Shown here one piece after another: positions 44,978 through 54,202 of a DNA stretch of 64,000 bases. The position numbers and the translations under genes were made by a program. How positions within the stretch are numbered: position 1 is the first letter of the stretch; each line of letters starts with the position of its first letter. The DNA comes from an uncultured Solirubrobacterales bacterium (GTDB taxonomy: Bacteria > Actinomycetota > Thermoleophilia > Solirubrobacterales > 70-9), in NCBI GenBank assembly GCA_963762205.1, contig CAVXJZ010000003.1:491371-555370 (forward strand), written 5' to 3'. The notes under the pieces are model-generated. The model did not search any database, was not told the DNA's origin, and saw nothing but the letters and a program-made list of their open reading frames with translations.

Positions 44978-45123
44978 GGCGCCGGCTCCTCCGCTCTCGC
45001 GGGGGCGTGCTCGTCACAACCGGAAGCCTCGCGCCCCCGCCTCCGTGTCCCGGGGCGGCCTGTTCACCTCCTTGAGGAGAAGGCGACGATTGATCGGGGG
45101 AGGCGGCGTCTATCATCGATGGG

Positions 45124-48100
45124 TTGGCCACCCGTTCGAAATCGACCGCCGAATCTGACCCCCTGGCGCCGTTCAGCGCCCCTGTCAGGCGCTGGTTCGA
45201 GGGCTCCTTCGAGGGGCCGACCCCCGCCCAGACGGGCGGCTGGGAGGCGATCTCGAGGGGCGCCCACACGCTGATCTGCGCGCCGACCGGGTCGGGCAAG
45301 ACCCTGGCCAGCTTCCTCTGGGGGATCGACCGCCTCTCGCGGGGCGCCGAGAAGCCGCCCGGGGTGCAGCTCGTCTACGTGTCGCCGCTGAAGGCGCTGT
45401 CCTACGACATCGAGCGCAACCTGCGCGCCCCCCTGCGCGGGATCGGCGCGGACATATCTGTGGGCCTGCGCACGGGGGACACGCCGCAGTCGGAGCGGCG
45501 CGCGATGAAGAAGAACCCACCCGACATCCTGATCACGACCCCGGAGTCGCTCTACCTGATGCTCTCCTCGTCGGTCCGCGAGATCCTCGCGACCGCGGAG
45601 GCCGTGATCGTCGACGAGATCCACGCCGTCGCCCAGTCCAAGCGCGGCTCCCATCTGGCGCTGACGCTGGAGCGCCTCGACCAGCTCACCCGTCAGGCGG
45701 CTCGGCCGGCGGGTGGTGGCGGCGAAGGGGGGGTCGAGGACAGCTCGGCCCGCAGTGCCCCCCCTTCGGCGCCGTCAGGACCCGCCGGCGGTGGCCTGCA
45801 GCGGATCGGGCTGTCCGCGACTCAGCGGCCGTTGGATCGGATAGCGGGGTTCCTGGTCGGGCCCGAAGCGCGAATGCGAGATCGTCGATGCGGGGCGGAC
45901 CAAGGAGCTCGACCTGCAGATCGTCGTCCCGGTCGAGGACATGGCCGAGCCGGGCGCCCCGAACTTCCCCAACTCCGAGGGCGTCCCCGCCGACGGCGAG
46001 CCCAACGCCCACATCCGCTCGATCTGGCCGGCGATCTACCCCGAGCTGCTGAAGCTGGTCCGGGAACACACCTCGACCATCATCTTCGTCAACGCCCGCC
46101 GCGCCGCCGAGCGCCTCGCCAAACGTCTCAACGAGCTCGCCAACGACGACATCCGAGCAGGAGCTCCCCGCAACCGAGCACGCGCGGACCAGGAGTCCGA
46201 CCCGTCGGGCTGGCGGCGCGAGGAGTTCCCGCCGGGCCGGACTCCTCGGTCCCCGGCCTGGGCGACGGGGGTCCCTCCGGACGAACTCCCGCGCCAGCGG
46301 CGGCCGGAGGGGCCCCCGTCGGCCAGGGGGAGATCGAGATAGCGCGCGCTCATCATGGGTCGTTGAGCCACGAGGAGCGGTTGGTCGTCGAGGAGATGCT
46401 CAAGAGCGGGCAGCTGCCGTGCCTGGTGGCGACGTCGAGCCTCGAGCTGGGGATCGACATGGGCGCCGTCGACCTCGTGATCCAGGTCGAGTCGCCGAAG
46501 TCGGTGAGTCGCGGCCTGCAGCGCGTCGGCCGCGCAGGGCACTCGCTGGGCGAGGTCTCTCGGGGCCGGGTCTTCCCCAAGTTCCGCGCCGACCTGCTCG
46601 AGTGCGCGGTGGTCGCGAAGCGCATGCGCGCGGGCGAGATCGAGGAGACCGTGATCCCCCAGAACCCCCTCGACGTCCTCGCCCAGCATCTGGTCTCGAT
46701 GGCTGCGCTCGACGAGTGGGACGTCGACGAGGTCGAGCGCCTGGTGACCGCGAGCGAGCCCTTCCACGACCTCTCCCGCGAGCAGCTCGAGAACGTCCTC
46801 GACATGCTCGACGGGCGCTACCCGTCGGACCGCTTCGCAGAGCTGCGCCCGCGGCTCGTCTGGGACCGGACGAGGGGGACCCTGCACGGCCGCAAGGGCG
46901 CCCGCCAGCTGGTCGTCACCAACGCGGGGACGATCCCCGACCGCGGCCTCTACGGCGTCCACCTTCCCGATGGGCGCCGGGTCGGCGAGCTCGACGAGGA
47001 GATGGTCTACGAGGCGCGCCCGGGGCAGACCTTCCTGCTCGGTGCGACGACCTGGCGGATCGAGGAGATCACCCGCGACCGGGTGATCGTCACCCCGGCG
47101 CCCGGCGCTCCCGGCGCCGTCCCCTTCTGGAAGGGCGACGGGATCGGACGCCCGGCGGAGCTCGGCCGGGCGATCGGCGCCTTCGCCCGCGAGGCGGTCT
47201 CGCGCGAGCCGGCCGAGCTGGCCGCCGAGTGCGACCTCGACCGGCGCGCCGCGGAGAACCTCGTCGCCTACCTGCGCGAGCAGCAGGCCGCGACCCGGGT
47301 CGTCCCCTCCGACGAGACGATCGTCGTCGAGCGCTTCCGCGACGAGATCGGCGACTGGCGCCTCTGCGTCCTCTCCCCGTTCGGTGGCCGCGTCCACGCC
47401 GCCTGGGGTCTGGCGCTGGGCCAGAAGATCAGGGGCGAGCTCGATCTCGAGGCGGACGCGATCTGGTCCGACGACGGCATCGTCATCCATCTGCCCGACG
47501 CCGACGAGCCGCCTTCGGCCGACCTGGTCATGGTCGATCCCGACGAGCTCGAGGACCTCGTCGTCGCCGAGCTCTCCGGATCGGCGCTCTTCGGCGCCCG
47601 CTTCCGCGAGAACGCGGCTCGCTCGCTGCTCATCCCACGCGCTTATCCCGGCAAGCGGACCCCACTCTGGCAGCAGCGGCTCAAGTCGCAGAGCCTGCTC
47701 GAGGTCGCCCGCGACCACCCCCGCTTCCCGGTGATCCTCGAGACCTACCGGGAGTGCCTGCGCGACGTCCTCGACCTGCCCTCGCTCGCCGAGCTGCTCC
47801 GCGACCTGCACTCGCGCCGCCTCGACCTGGTCGAGGTGGAGACGCCGACCGCCTCCCCCTTCGCCTCCTCGCTGCTCTTCGACTACGTCGCCACGTACAT
47901 GTACGAGGGGGACACGCCGAACGCCGAGCGCCGCGCCGCCGCCCTGGCGCTCGACCGCGACCTGCTGCGCGAGCTGCTCGGCCAGGAGGAGCTGCGCGAC
48001 CTGATCGACCCCGAGGCGCTGGAGGAGGTCGAGGCACAGCTGCAGCACCGCACCGAGGGAGGGCGCGCGGGGGACCGCGACGCGCTGCAGCAGGTGCTGC

Positions 48101-49797
48101 GCAACGTCGGCGACCTGAGCGCCGAGGAGTGCGCCGAACGGGTCGCCGAGGGCTACTCGGCCGCCTCGATGCTGGAGAAGCTGGTCGCCGAGCGCCGGGT
48201 GGCGGCCGTCCGCATCGGTGGCGAGGAGCGCTACATCGCCGCCGAGGACGCCGGCGCCTACCGCGACGCGCTCGGCGTGCCGCCGCCGCCCGGCCTGCCC
48301 GAGAGCTTCCTCGAGGCCGGCGAGGAGCCGCTGCTGACCCTGCTGCGCCGCTACGCGCGCACCCACGGCCCATTCCCGACCGCCAGGCCCGCCGAGCGTT
48401 ACGGAATCGACCCGGCGCCGGCCCTGCGTGAGCTCGAGCGCTCCGGCGCCCTCGTCCGCGGCGAGCTGCTGCCCGGCGGCAGCGAGCGCGAGTGGTGCGA
48501 CTCGGACGTCCTGCGGCGGGTGCGCCGGGCGAGCCTCGCCCACCTCCGCCGCGAGGTCGAGCCGGCTTCCCGCGACCGCTTCGCCCGTTTCCAGTCCAGC
48601 TGGCAGAACGTCGACGCCCATCGCGCCGCGGGCGCCGGCCCCGACCGCCTTCGCGAGGCGCTGGTTCCGCTGCAGGGGGTGACGCTGACGCCGAAGGTCT
48701 GGGAGCAGGACGTGCTTCCGCGCCGCCTCGGGGCCTACTCGCCGACCTGGCTCGACGAACTCTGCACGAGCGGCGAGGTCGTCTGGATCGGCGCCGGCGC
48801 CCGCGGGCGCAACGACGGCCGCGTCGCCCTCTACTTTCGGGAGGACGTTCGCCTCGCCGGCCCGCCGCCGGCGAACGCGAAGCTGGAGCGGGCCGAGGGC
48901 GAGGCCCACGACGCGATCCGCGAGCGGCTCGCGGCCGGCCCCGGCTTCTGGCTCGACCTGCTCGCGCAGCTCGGGGATCTCCCCGTCGAGGACCTTCACA
49001 ACGCGCTCTGGGACCTGGCCTGGTCGGGCGAGGTGACGAATGACGCCTTCTCGCCGCTGCGCGCCCCACGCCTGCGCGCGGTGCCGGCGCAGGAGCGGGG
49101 CGGCAGGCGCTTCGCCCGCCGCCGGGGCGGCGGCGCCGCGGTGCAGGGCCGCTGGTCGCTGCTCGCGCCCCTGTTCGAGGACGCCCCCGCCGCCGGGCCG
49201 CGGCTGCGCGCCCAGGCCGAGCTGATGCTCGAGCGCCACGGCATCGTCACCCGTGAGACGGTGCTCGCCGAGGGGGTCCCGGGGGGCTTCTCCACGCTCT
49301 ACGCCGAGCTCGGCAACCTGGAGCTGCTCGGCACCGCCCGCCGCGGCTACTTCGTCGAGGGCCTGGGCGGGGCCCAGTTCGCCCTGCCGGGAGCGGTCGA
49401 GCGCCTGCGCTCGCTGCCCGAGGGCGAGGACGCCTTCAAGCTGCTGGCGGCGACCGACCCCGCCAATCCATACGGGGCGTCACTGCCCTGGCCGAAACGC
49501 GAGGGCGGCCGGCGCCCGGCGCGGGCGCCCGGCGCCCATGTCCTGCTCCGCGGCGGCGAGCCCGTCCTCTACGTCGAGCGGGGCGGCCGCGGGATCCTGC
49601 GCCTGACGGCGCTCGACGGCGCCGAGCTGGAGGCGGCGATGCGGGCCCTCACCGAGGCCGTCTCCGCGGGCCGCCTGCCGAAGCTGGCCGTGGAGAAGCT
49701 CGACGGCGAGCCGGTGATCGGCTCGGCGCACGAGGAGGCGCTGCTCGTCGCCGGCTTCAGCCGCGGCCCGCGAAAGCTGACCGCGGCCGCCGGCTGA
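45124..49797 (+). CDS. lhr: ATP-dependent helicase Lhr (large helicase-related), with an internal out-of-frame stretch
   Basis: APTGSGKTLASF (motif I), VDEIH (DExH), GLSATQRP, ARAHHGSLSHEER, VATSSLELGIDMG, QRVGRAGH, plus the long Lhr C-terminal region. Between ~45865 and ~46150-46300 the Lhr-like sequence (KRECEIVDAGRTKELDLQIVVPVEDM...TIIFVNARRAAERLAKRLNELA) is in the frame of ORF 45941..46342, not the main ORF. TTG start is assumed. Confidence 0.85.
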   Translation: MATRSKSTAESDPLAPFSAPVRRWFEGSFEGPTPAQTGGWEAISRGAHTLICAPTGSGKTLASFLWGIDRLSRGAEKPPGVQLVYVSPLKALSYDIERNLRAPLRGIGADISVGLRTGDTPQSERRAMKKNPPDILITTPESLYLMLSSSVREILATAEAVIVDEIHAVAQSKRGSHLALTLERLDQLTRQAARPAGGGGEGGVEDSSARSAPPSAPSGPAGGGLQRIGLSATQRPLDRIAGFLVGPEARMRDRRCGADQGARPADRRPGRGHGRAGRPELPQLRGRPRRRRAQRPHPLDLAGDLPRAAEAGPGTHLDHHLRQRPPRRRAPRQTSQRARQRRHPSRSSPQPSTRGPGVRPVGLAARGVPAGPDSSVPGLGDGGPSGRTPAPAAAGGAPVGQGEIEIARAHHGSLSHEERLVVEEMLKSGQLPCLVATSSLELGIDMGAVDLVIQVESPKSVSRGLQRVGRAGHSLGEVSRGRVFPKFRADLLECAVVAKRMRAGEIEETVIPQNPLDVLAQHLVSMAALDEWDVDEVERLVTASEPFHDLSREQLENVLDMLDGRYPSDRFAELRPRLVWDRTRGTLHGRKGARQLVVTNAGTIPDRGLYGVHLPDGRRVGELDEEMVYEARPGQTFLLGATTWRIEEITRDRVIVTPAPGAPGAVPFWKGDGIGRPAELGRAIGAFAREAVSREPAELAAECDLDRRAAENLVAYLREQQAATRVVPSDETIVVERFRDEIGDWRLCVLSPFGGRVHAAWGLALGQKIRGELDLEADAIWSDDGIVIHLPDADEPPSADLVMVDPDELEDLVVAELSGSALFGARFRENAARSLLIPRAYPGKRTPLWQQRLKSQSLLEVARDHPRFPVILETYRECLRDVLDLPSLAELLRDLHSRRLDLVEVETPTASPFASSLLFDYVATYMYEGDTPNAERRAAALALDRDLLRELLGQEELRDLIDPEALEEVEAQLQHRTEGGRAGDRDALQQVLRNVGDLSAEECAERVAEGYSAASMLEKLVAERRVAAVRIGGEERYIAAEDAGAYRDALGVPPPPGLPESFLEAGEEPLLTLLRRYARTHGPFPTARPAERYGIDPAPALRELERSGALVRGELLPGGSEREWCDSDVLRRVRRASLAHLRREVEPASRDRFARFQSSWQNVDAHRAAGAGPDRLREALVPLQGVTLTPKVWEQDVLPRRLGAYSPTWLDELCTSGEVVWIGAGARGRNDGRVALYFREDVRLAGPPPANAKLERAEGEAHDAIRERLAAGPGFWLDLLAQLGDLPVEDLHNALWDLAWSGEVTNDAFSPLRAPRLRAVPAQERGGRRFARRRGGGAAVQGRWSLLAPLFEDAPAAGPRLRAQAELMLERHGIVTRETVLAEGVPGGFSTLYAELGNLELLGTARRGYFVEGLGGAQFALPGAVERLRSLPEGEDAFKLLAATDPANPYGASLPWPKREGGRRPARAPGAHVLLRGGEPVLYVERGGRGILRLTALDGAELEAAMRALTEAVSAGRLPKLAVEKLDGEPVIGSAHEEALLVAGFSRGPRKLTAAAG

Positions 49798-49803
49798 CGC
49801 CAT

Positions 49804-50517
49804 TTGGAGATAATCGGGGCCATGGGGGAGACGGAGGACACGCAGAGCCCGGTTGAGCTGTTGCGCAGCGTGCCGCTCTTCTCCGACCTCGAGCAGGAGG
49901 AGTTGGAGCGCTTCTCACGGGTTGCGGTGCCGCGCAGCTTCCCCGCGACCACGCGGGTCTTCCACGAGGGCGACCGCTCCGACGCCTGCTACATAGTCCG
50001 CTCGGGCAGCTTCCGCGTCACCCGGGAGCACTCGGACGGCCGCGCGATCACCCTCGCCACGCTCGGCACGGGCGACATCTTCGGCGAGCTCGCGATGCTC
50101 GACGGCGAGGTGCGCTCGGCGAGCGTCGAAGCCCTGGTCGACGGCGAGCTCCTCGCCCTGCCCGCCGGTGAGGTGAGGGCGCTGCTCGCCCGTCATCCAG
50201 AGATCACGGTGAAGCTCGTCGCGGCGCTGGTGCGGCGGCTGCGCACCGCCAACGAGCGCATCTCGCGCCAGTCCTTCCAGACGGTCCCCAGCCGTGTGGC
50301 CGGGGTCCTGAGCCAGCTCGTCTCCGAGTCGCCGCACAGCGACGGCGGCGAGGTGACGATCCGGATGAACCAGGCCGACCTGGCCCAACTCGCCGGTACC
50401 TCGCGCGAGAGCGTCAGCCGCTTCCTCGCCGATCTCGATCGGGCCGGGATCGTGCGGCCCGGGCGCGGCCGGGTCACGGTGCTCGACCCGCCGAGGCTCA
50501 ACAACTACATCTACTAG
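49804..50517 (+). CDS. Crp/Fnr-family transcriptional regulator
   Basis: A cNMP-binding domain (LFSDLEQEELERF...GDIFGELAMLDG..RSASVEA) and a C-terminal HTH (NQADLAQLAGTSRESVSRFLADLDRAGIV). The start is TTG 49804 or ATG 49822. Confidence 0.8.
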   Translation: MEIIGAMGETEDTQSPVELLRSVPLFSDLEQEELERFSRVAVPRSFPATTRVFHEGDRSDACYIVRSGSFRVTREHSDGRAITLATLGTGDIFGELAMLDGEVRSASVEALVDGELLALPAGEVRALLARHPEITVKLVAALVRRLRTANERISRQSFQTVPSRVAGVLSQLVSESPHSDGGEVTIRMNQADLAQLAGTSRESVSRFLADLDRAGIVRPGRGRVTVLDPPRLNNYIY

Positions 50518-50542
50518 GCATGCGCGAGGCCACCCGATCCTG

Positions 50543-51193
50543 ATGCCGGACTTCGCTGCGGCTCGCTCCGAGATGGTCGAGCTGCAGCTGCGCCGCCGCG
50601 GGATCGGCGACGAGCGGGTCCTGGCGGCAATGGCGGCGGTGCCGCGCGAGCTGTTCGTCCCCGCCGAGCTTCGCCCTCGCGCCTATGCCGACTCGGCCCT
50701 GCCGATCGGCGCCGGGCAGACGATCTCGCAGCCGTGGATCGTCGCCGCGATCTGCCAGGCGCTGCGCCTCGAGGGCGGTGAGCGGGTGCTCGAGGTCGGC
50801 ACCGGCTCCGGCTACTCGGCCTGCGTTCTCGCCCGCCTCGCCGCGGAGGTGGTCGGGGTCGAGCTGCAGCCCGGCCTCGCGGAGCAGGCGCGGCGGGCGA
50901 TCGCCGAGCTCGGCGCCGAGAACGTCGAGGTGATCGTCGGCGACGGCAGTCGCGGCGTCCCGGGGCGGGCGCCCTTCGACGCGATCGCCGTCCACGCCAC
51001 CGCGCCTGCGCCACCGCGGGCGCTCCTCGATCAGCTCGTCGACGGGGGGCGCCTGGTGGCCCCGATCGCGGCCGGCGACGCCGACCTGCTCACCGTCTAC
51101 CGGCGCGACGGAGACGACTTCGAGGCCGAGGTGATCGGGCCCTGCCGTTTCGTTCCGCTGCTCGGCGAGGAGGGTTTCGGCAGCCGCTACTGA
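50543..51193 (+). CDS. pcm: Protein-L-isoaspartate O-methyltransferase
   Basis: VPRELFVP, GAGQTISQPWIVAAI, VLEVGTGSGYSACVLA, PFDAIAVHA, LVDGGRLVAP. 216 aa. Confidence 0.9.
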   Translation: MPDFAAARSEMVELQLRRRGIGDERVLAAMAAVPRELFVPAELRPRAYADSALPIGAGQTISQPWIVAAICQALRLEGGERVLEVGTGSGYSACVLARLAAEVVGVELQPGLAEQARRAIAELGAENVEVIVGDGSRGVPGRAPFDAIAVHATAPAPPRALLDQLVDGGRLVAPIAAGDADLLTVYRRDGDDFEAEVIGPCRFVPLLGEEGFGSRY

Positions 51194-53094
51194 TGCAGGC
51201 TGTCGCGCCCGCGGCCGCCGGAGAGGCGGTCGTTGCCGGGGCCGCCGGAGAGGCGGTCGTTGCCGCCGCGGCCGAGCAGGGTGTCGTTGCCGCCCTTCCC
51301 CATCAGCGTGTCGCCCCCGTTGCTGCCGATCAGCACGTCCGACCCGGGTGAGCCCTCGATCGCCTCGACCGAGGCGTCGATCCGGCCCGGGTTGCAGGAG
51401 CCGCCGGCGCGGCTGACGGCGCCCCCGATCTGGGCCCGGACGCCGGGTGTGAAGCGGAAGAAGTTCGCGTTGTCGTTGCCGCTGCCGCCGTCGAAGACGT
51501 CGCCGTCGCAGGGGTCGCCGCCGATCAGCACGTCCGCTCCCGGCCCGCCGATCAGGGTGCTCTGGCCGCTCGAGTAGGGGACCGGGTTGTCGGTCCGGGC
51601 GCCGACCAGCGCGTCGTCTCCGGCGCCGCCGACGAGGCGGTCGGGATCGGAGTCGTCGCCGGCCTCGAGGATGTCGTCGCCCCTGCCGCCGACCAGTTCG
51701 TCGGCGCCGGGACCGCCTTCCAGGCGGGCCTCGATCGACCCTTGGACCGAGCCGGCGATCGCGACGCGATCGTCGCCCGGTCCGGCGTCGACCAGGATGA
51801 AGCCGACGTCGCCCGGGCAGGTGACGGCGCCGGCCGCGGCGCAGCCGGTCACGTTGGAGGCGGGGATCGCCGAGCGCGAGTCGGTGATGACGAGCTGGCC
51901 GCCGACGTCTGCGACCTGAATGTCGTTGGAGGCGTCCGTCCCGAGCACGATCAGGGTCGCACCGCCGTCGAGGCTGCGGCTGTGGACGACGATCGTGCCG
52001 GCGCCCATCGCCTTGCCGTGGCCGCATTCCTCGCTCTGGGTCGCGGCGGCGCAGTCGGCGCCGTCGGGGCCGCCGAGCAGCTCGTCGGCGCCGCCACGGC
52101 CGTCGAGGTCGTCGTAGCCGGCGCCGCCGTCGATGCGGTTCGGCCCGGAGTTCCCGCGCAGGATGTCCGCATAGGCCGAGCCGACGAGATCCTCGGTGCC
52201 GGGGCCGATCTGGTCGCGCCCGTCGCCGTGCGCCGTGCCCTGGGCGAGGTCGGCGTCGATCGCGGCCGACGCGGTCGAGAAGGATGCGATGTCGCGTTCG
52301 CCGGGGCCGCCGTCCATCTTGTCGAAGCCGATGTCGCCGCGCACGATGTCGCCGTCGCCGCCGCCGCCGTCGATCTGGTCGCGTCCGTGGCCGCCGGTGA
52401 TCAGGTCGGTTCCGCCGTCTCCGTCCAGCTTGTCGTCGCCGAGGCCACCCGCCACCGTGTCATTGCCGGCGCCGCCGCTGATCCTGTCGTTGCCGCGCCC
52501 GCCGGCAAGACGGTCGTCGCCGCCTTCGCCGTCGACCACCTTGTCGCTGGCCTTGCCCGCGAAGATCACGTCGTCGTCCGGGCCTCCCTTCAGCTCGTCG
52601 GGGCCCTTGCCGCCGGAGAGCAGGTCGTCGCCCGGGCCGGCGAAGAGCCGGTCGGGGCCCTTGGCGCCGATCATCCTGTCGTCGCCGCCTTCGCCGTAGA
52701 GGCCGTCGCCTCCCTTGGCGCCGCTCAGGCTGTCGTCACCGGGGCCGCCGTGCAGTGCGTCGCTGCCGGAGCCGCCGGACAGCTTGTCGTCGCCGCCTTC
52801 GCCGTAGAGGGAGTCGTAGCCCTTGCCGCCGACCAGGGTGTCGTTGCCGGGCCCGCCGCAGATCGTGTCGTTGCCGTTGCGGCCGCCGGTGATCCGATCA
52901 TTGCCGCCGCCGCCGTAGATCACGTCGCTTGCGCCCCTGCCGACGAGGACGTCGTCTCCGGGCGTGCCCACGATCGTCGCGTGCCTGCCGGCGCAGGTGG
53001 CCGCCGAGGCCTGGCTCCAGGCAGGGACGAGCAGGGCGCAGGCTGCGAGGGTGCCGGCCATCAGGGTGCGGCGTTTCGTGGATCTCGTGGTCAT
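51187..53094 (-). CDS. Secreted calcium-binding repeat protein (RTX / hemolysin-type GGxGxD repeats)
   Basis: Signal-like N-terminus (RRTLMAGTLAACALLVPAWSQASA). Dozens of nonapeptide-type repeats (GGGGNDRITGG, GGPGNDTLVGG, GEGGDDKLSGG, ...) at both ends flank a central non-repeat region. 7-nt convergent overlap with pcm. Confidence 0.75.
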   Translation of the reverse strand: MTTRSTKRRTLMAGTLAACALLVPAWSQASAATCAGRHATIVGTPGDDVLVGRGASDVIYGGGGNDRITGGRNGNDTICGGPGNDTLVGGKGYDSLYGEGGDDKLSGGSGSDALHGGPGDDSLSGAKGGDGLYGEGGDDRMIGAKGPDRLFAGPGDDLLSGGKGPDELKGGPDDDVIFAGKASDKVVDGEGGDDRLAGGRGNDRISGGAGNDTVAGGLGDDKLDGDGGTDLITGGHGRDQIDGGGGDGDIVRGDIGFDKMDGGPGERDIASFSTASAAIDADLAQGTAHGDGRDQIGPGTEDLVGSAYADILRGNSGPNRIDGGAGYDDLDGRGGADELLGGPDGADCAAATQSEECGHGKAMGAGTIVVHSRSLDGGATLIVLGTDASNDIQVADVGGQLVITDSRSAIPASNVTGCAAAGAVTCPGDVGFILVDAGPGDDRVAIAGSVQGSIEARLEGGPGADELVGGRGDDILEAGDDSDPDRLVGGAGDDALVGARTDNPVPYSSGQSTLIGGPGADVLIGGDPCDGDVFDGGSGNDNANFFRFTPGVRAQIGGAVSRAGGSCNPGRIDASVEAIEGSPGSDVLIGSNGGDTLMGKGGNDTLLGRGGNDRLSGGPGNDRLSGGRGRDSLHQ

Positions 53095-53223
53095 GGCTTC
53101 ACCAAGCTCATCGACCCGTCCCCGCGAGACCTTCAGTCAGCACAAACACCCGTCCATACCGAGAATCACGGATGCGGAGCCCGGTTCGCCCGTGCGCGCC
53201 CGGTCGGATACGCTCGCACCGCG

Positions 53224-53628
53224 ATGCGGGGCGGCACCTACGTTCTGAACTTCTATTCAGCGGTCTTCGTCGACCAGCTCAAACGCGGTCGCAAGACGGC
53301 GACGATCCGCCTCGGCGACAAGAGCAACAAGTACGAGCGCGGGCAGGTCGTCTGGGTGACGGTCGGCTTCCGCCACAGCCCGCGGCAGAAGATCTTCTCG
53401 GCGGTGATCGATGACGTCGAGGTGAAGAAGGTCTCCGAGCTCTCGCGGCGGGACATCGAGCACGACAACCCCGAGTTCCGCCGTCCCGAGGAGGAGGTCA
53501 ACTTCCTCGAGCAGATCTACAGCCGGCCGGTCTCCGAGGACGACGTGATCACGGTGATCCGCTTCTCGCAGATCGTCGAGCCGCCCGAATCCCATTTCGG
53601 CAACGGCGAGACGCCAAGCCACAACTAG
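53224..53628 (+). CDS. ASCH-domain protein
   Basis: The ATG at 53224 in the tail of ORF 51742..53628. ...FVDQLKRGRKTATIRLGDK...GQVVWVT...AVIDDVEVKKVSEL... fits the ASCH (PUA-like) pattern. 134 aa. Confidence 0.55.
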   Translation: MRGGTYVLNFYSAVFVDQLKRGRKTATIRLGDKSNKYERGQVVWVTVGFRHSPRQKIFSAVIDDVEVKKVSELSRRDIEHDNPEFRRPEEEVNFLEQIYSRPVSEDDVITVIRFSQIVEPPESHFGNGETPSHN

Positions 53629-54101
53629 TGGCCGGATACAGGTTCCTCACGACCTGGCTCCTCGATTCGCCGCGCGAGCCCGTCTTCGAGGCGCTCTACG
53701 ACCAGGCGTCATGGCCGAGCTGGTGGCGTGGGGTGGAGGAGGCGGTCGAGCTCAGCCCGGGGGACGAGGGGGGCGTCGGCACGGTCGCCCGCATGGCCTG
53801 GAAGAGCCTGCTGCCCTACCGGGTCGAGTTCGAGATCACCACCACCCGGGTCGAGCGCCCGATTCTGCTCCAGGCCGACGCCGTCGGCGAGCTGACCGGC
53901 GTCGGCCGCTGGCGCCTCTTCGAGGCCGACAGCGCGACCGCGGTGCTCTACGAGTGGAACGTGGCGACGACCCGCGCCTGGATGAACGCCCTGGCGCCCG
54001 TCGCGCGGCCGATCTTCGAGTGGAACCACGACTGGGTGATGGCGCGCGGGGGCGAGGGGATCGCGAATCTGCTCGGTTGCCGGCTGCTCGCGAGCAGCTG
54101 A
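53628..54101 (+). CDS. SRPBCC-superfamily protein (polyketide cyclase/dehydrase-like)
   Basis: 157 aa. The GTG overlaps the upstream TAG. ...WPSWWRGVEEAVEL...YRVEFEITTTRVE...RWRLFEA... is typical of START/Bet v1-like proteins. Confidence 0.6.
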   Translation: MAGYRFLTTWLLDSPREPVFEALYDQASWPSWWRGVEEAVELSPGDEGGVGTVARMAWKSLLPYRVEFEITTTRVERPILLQADAVGELTGVGRWRLFEADSATAVLYEWNVATTRAWMNALAPVARPIFEWNHDWVMARGGEGIANLLGCRLLASS

Positions 54102-54128
54102 GCGCCCGCACCCGCTATCTTTCCATCG

Positions 54129-54155
54129 TTGGCACTCTCCATTGCCGAGTGCCAA
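54129..54155 (+). promoter_or_regulatory. CIRCE operator (HrcA binding site) upstream of groES
   Basis: TTGGCACTC-tccattgcc-GAGTGCCAA is a perfect 9-bp inverted repeat with a 9-nt spacer, 48 nt upstream of the groES ATG. It matches the CIRCE consensus TTAGCACTC-N9-GAGTGCTAA except for one symmetric position. Confidence 0.85.
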
Positions 54156-54202
54156 GCCAGTCAATACCCAACTTCTGACCTATATAGACGGAGGTAATAC
54201 GG

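Noticed and set aside
44998-45040. A possible terminator hairpin after the GH gene (GCGGGGGCG ... CGCCCCCGC).
   Set aside because: It has only a 9-bp stem, a ~23-nt loop and no T-tract, which is too weak to report as a feature.
45941-46342. A 133-aa ORF that could be called as a separate small gene inside lhr.
   Set aside because: Its sequence (…SIWPAIYPELLKLVREHTSTIIFVNARRAAERLAKRLNELA…) is the missing conserved part of Lhr itself. I interpret it as the true lhr frame between two compensating frame shifts, not as an independent gene.
46036-49239. A 1,067-aa minus-strand ORF, plus a 670-aa plus-strand ORF (46419..48431), inside lhr.
   Set aside because: These are shadow frames of the lhr gene, which carries all the helicase motifs. 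The alternative translations are low-complexity Arg/Ala/Gly/Pro.
51187-53094. The highly repetitive DNA of the RTX-like gene, considered as a tandem repeat or CRISPR-like array.
   Set aside because: The repeats are degenerate at the DNA level, in frame, and encode GGxGxD nonapeptides within one continuous ORF. There are no spacer/repeat units of fixed length.
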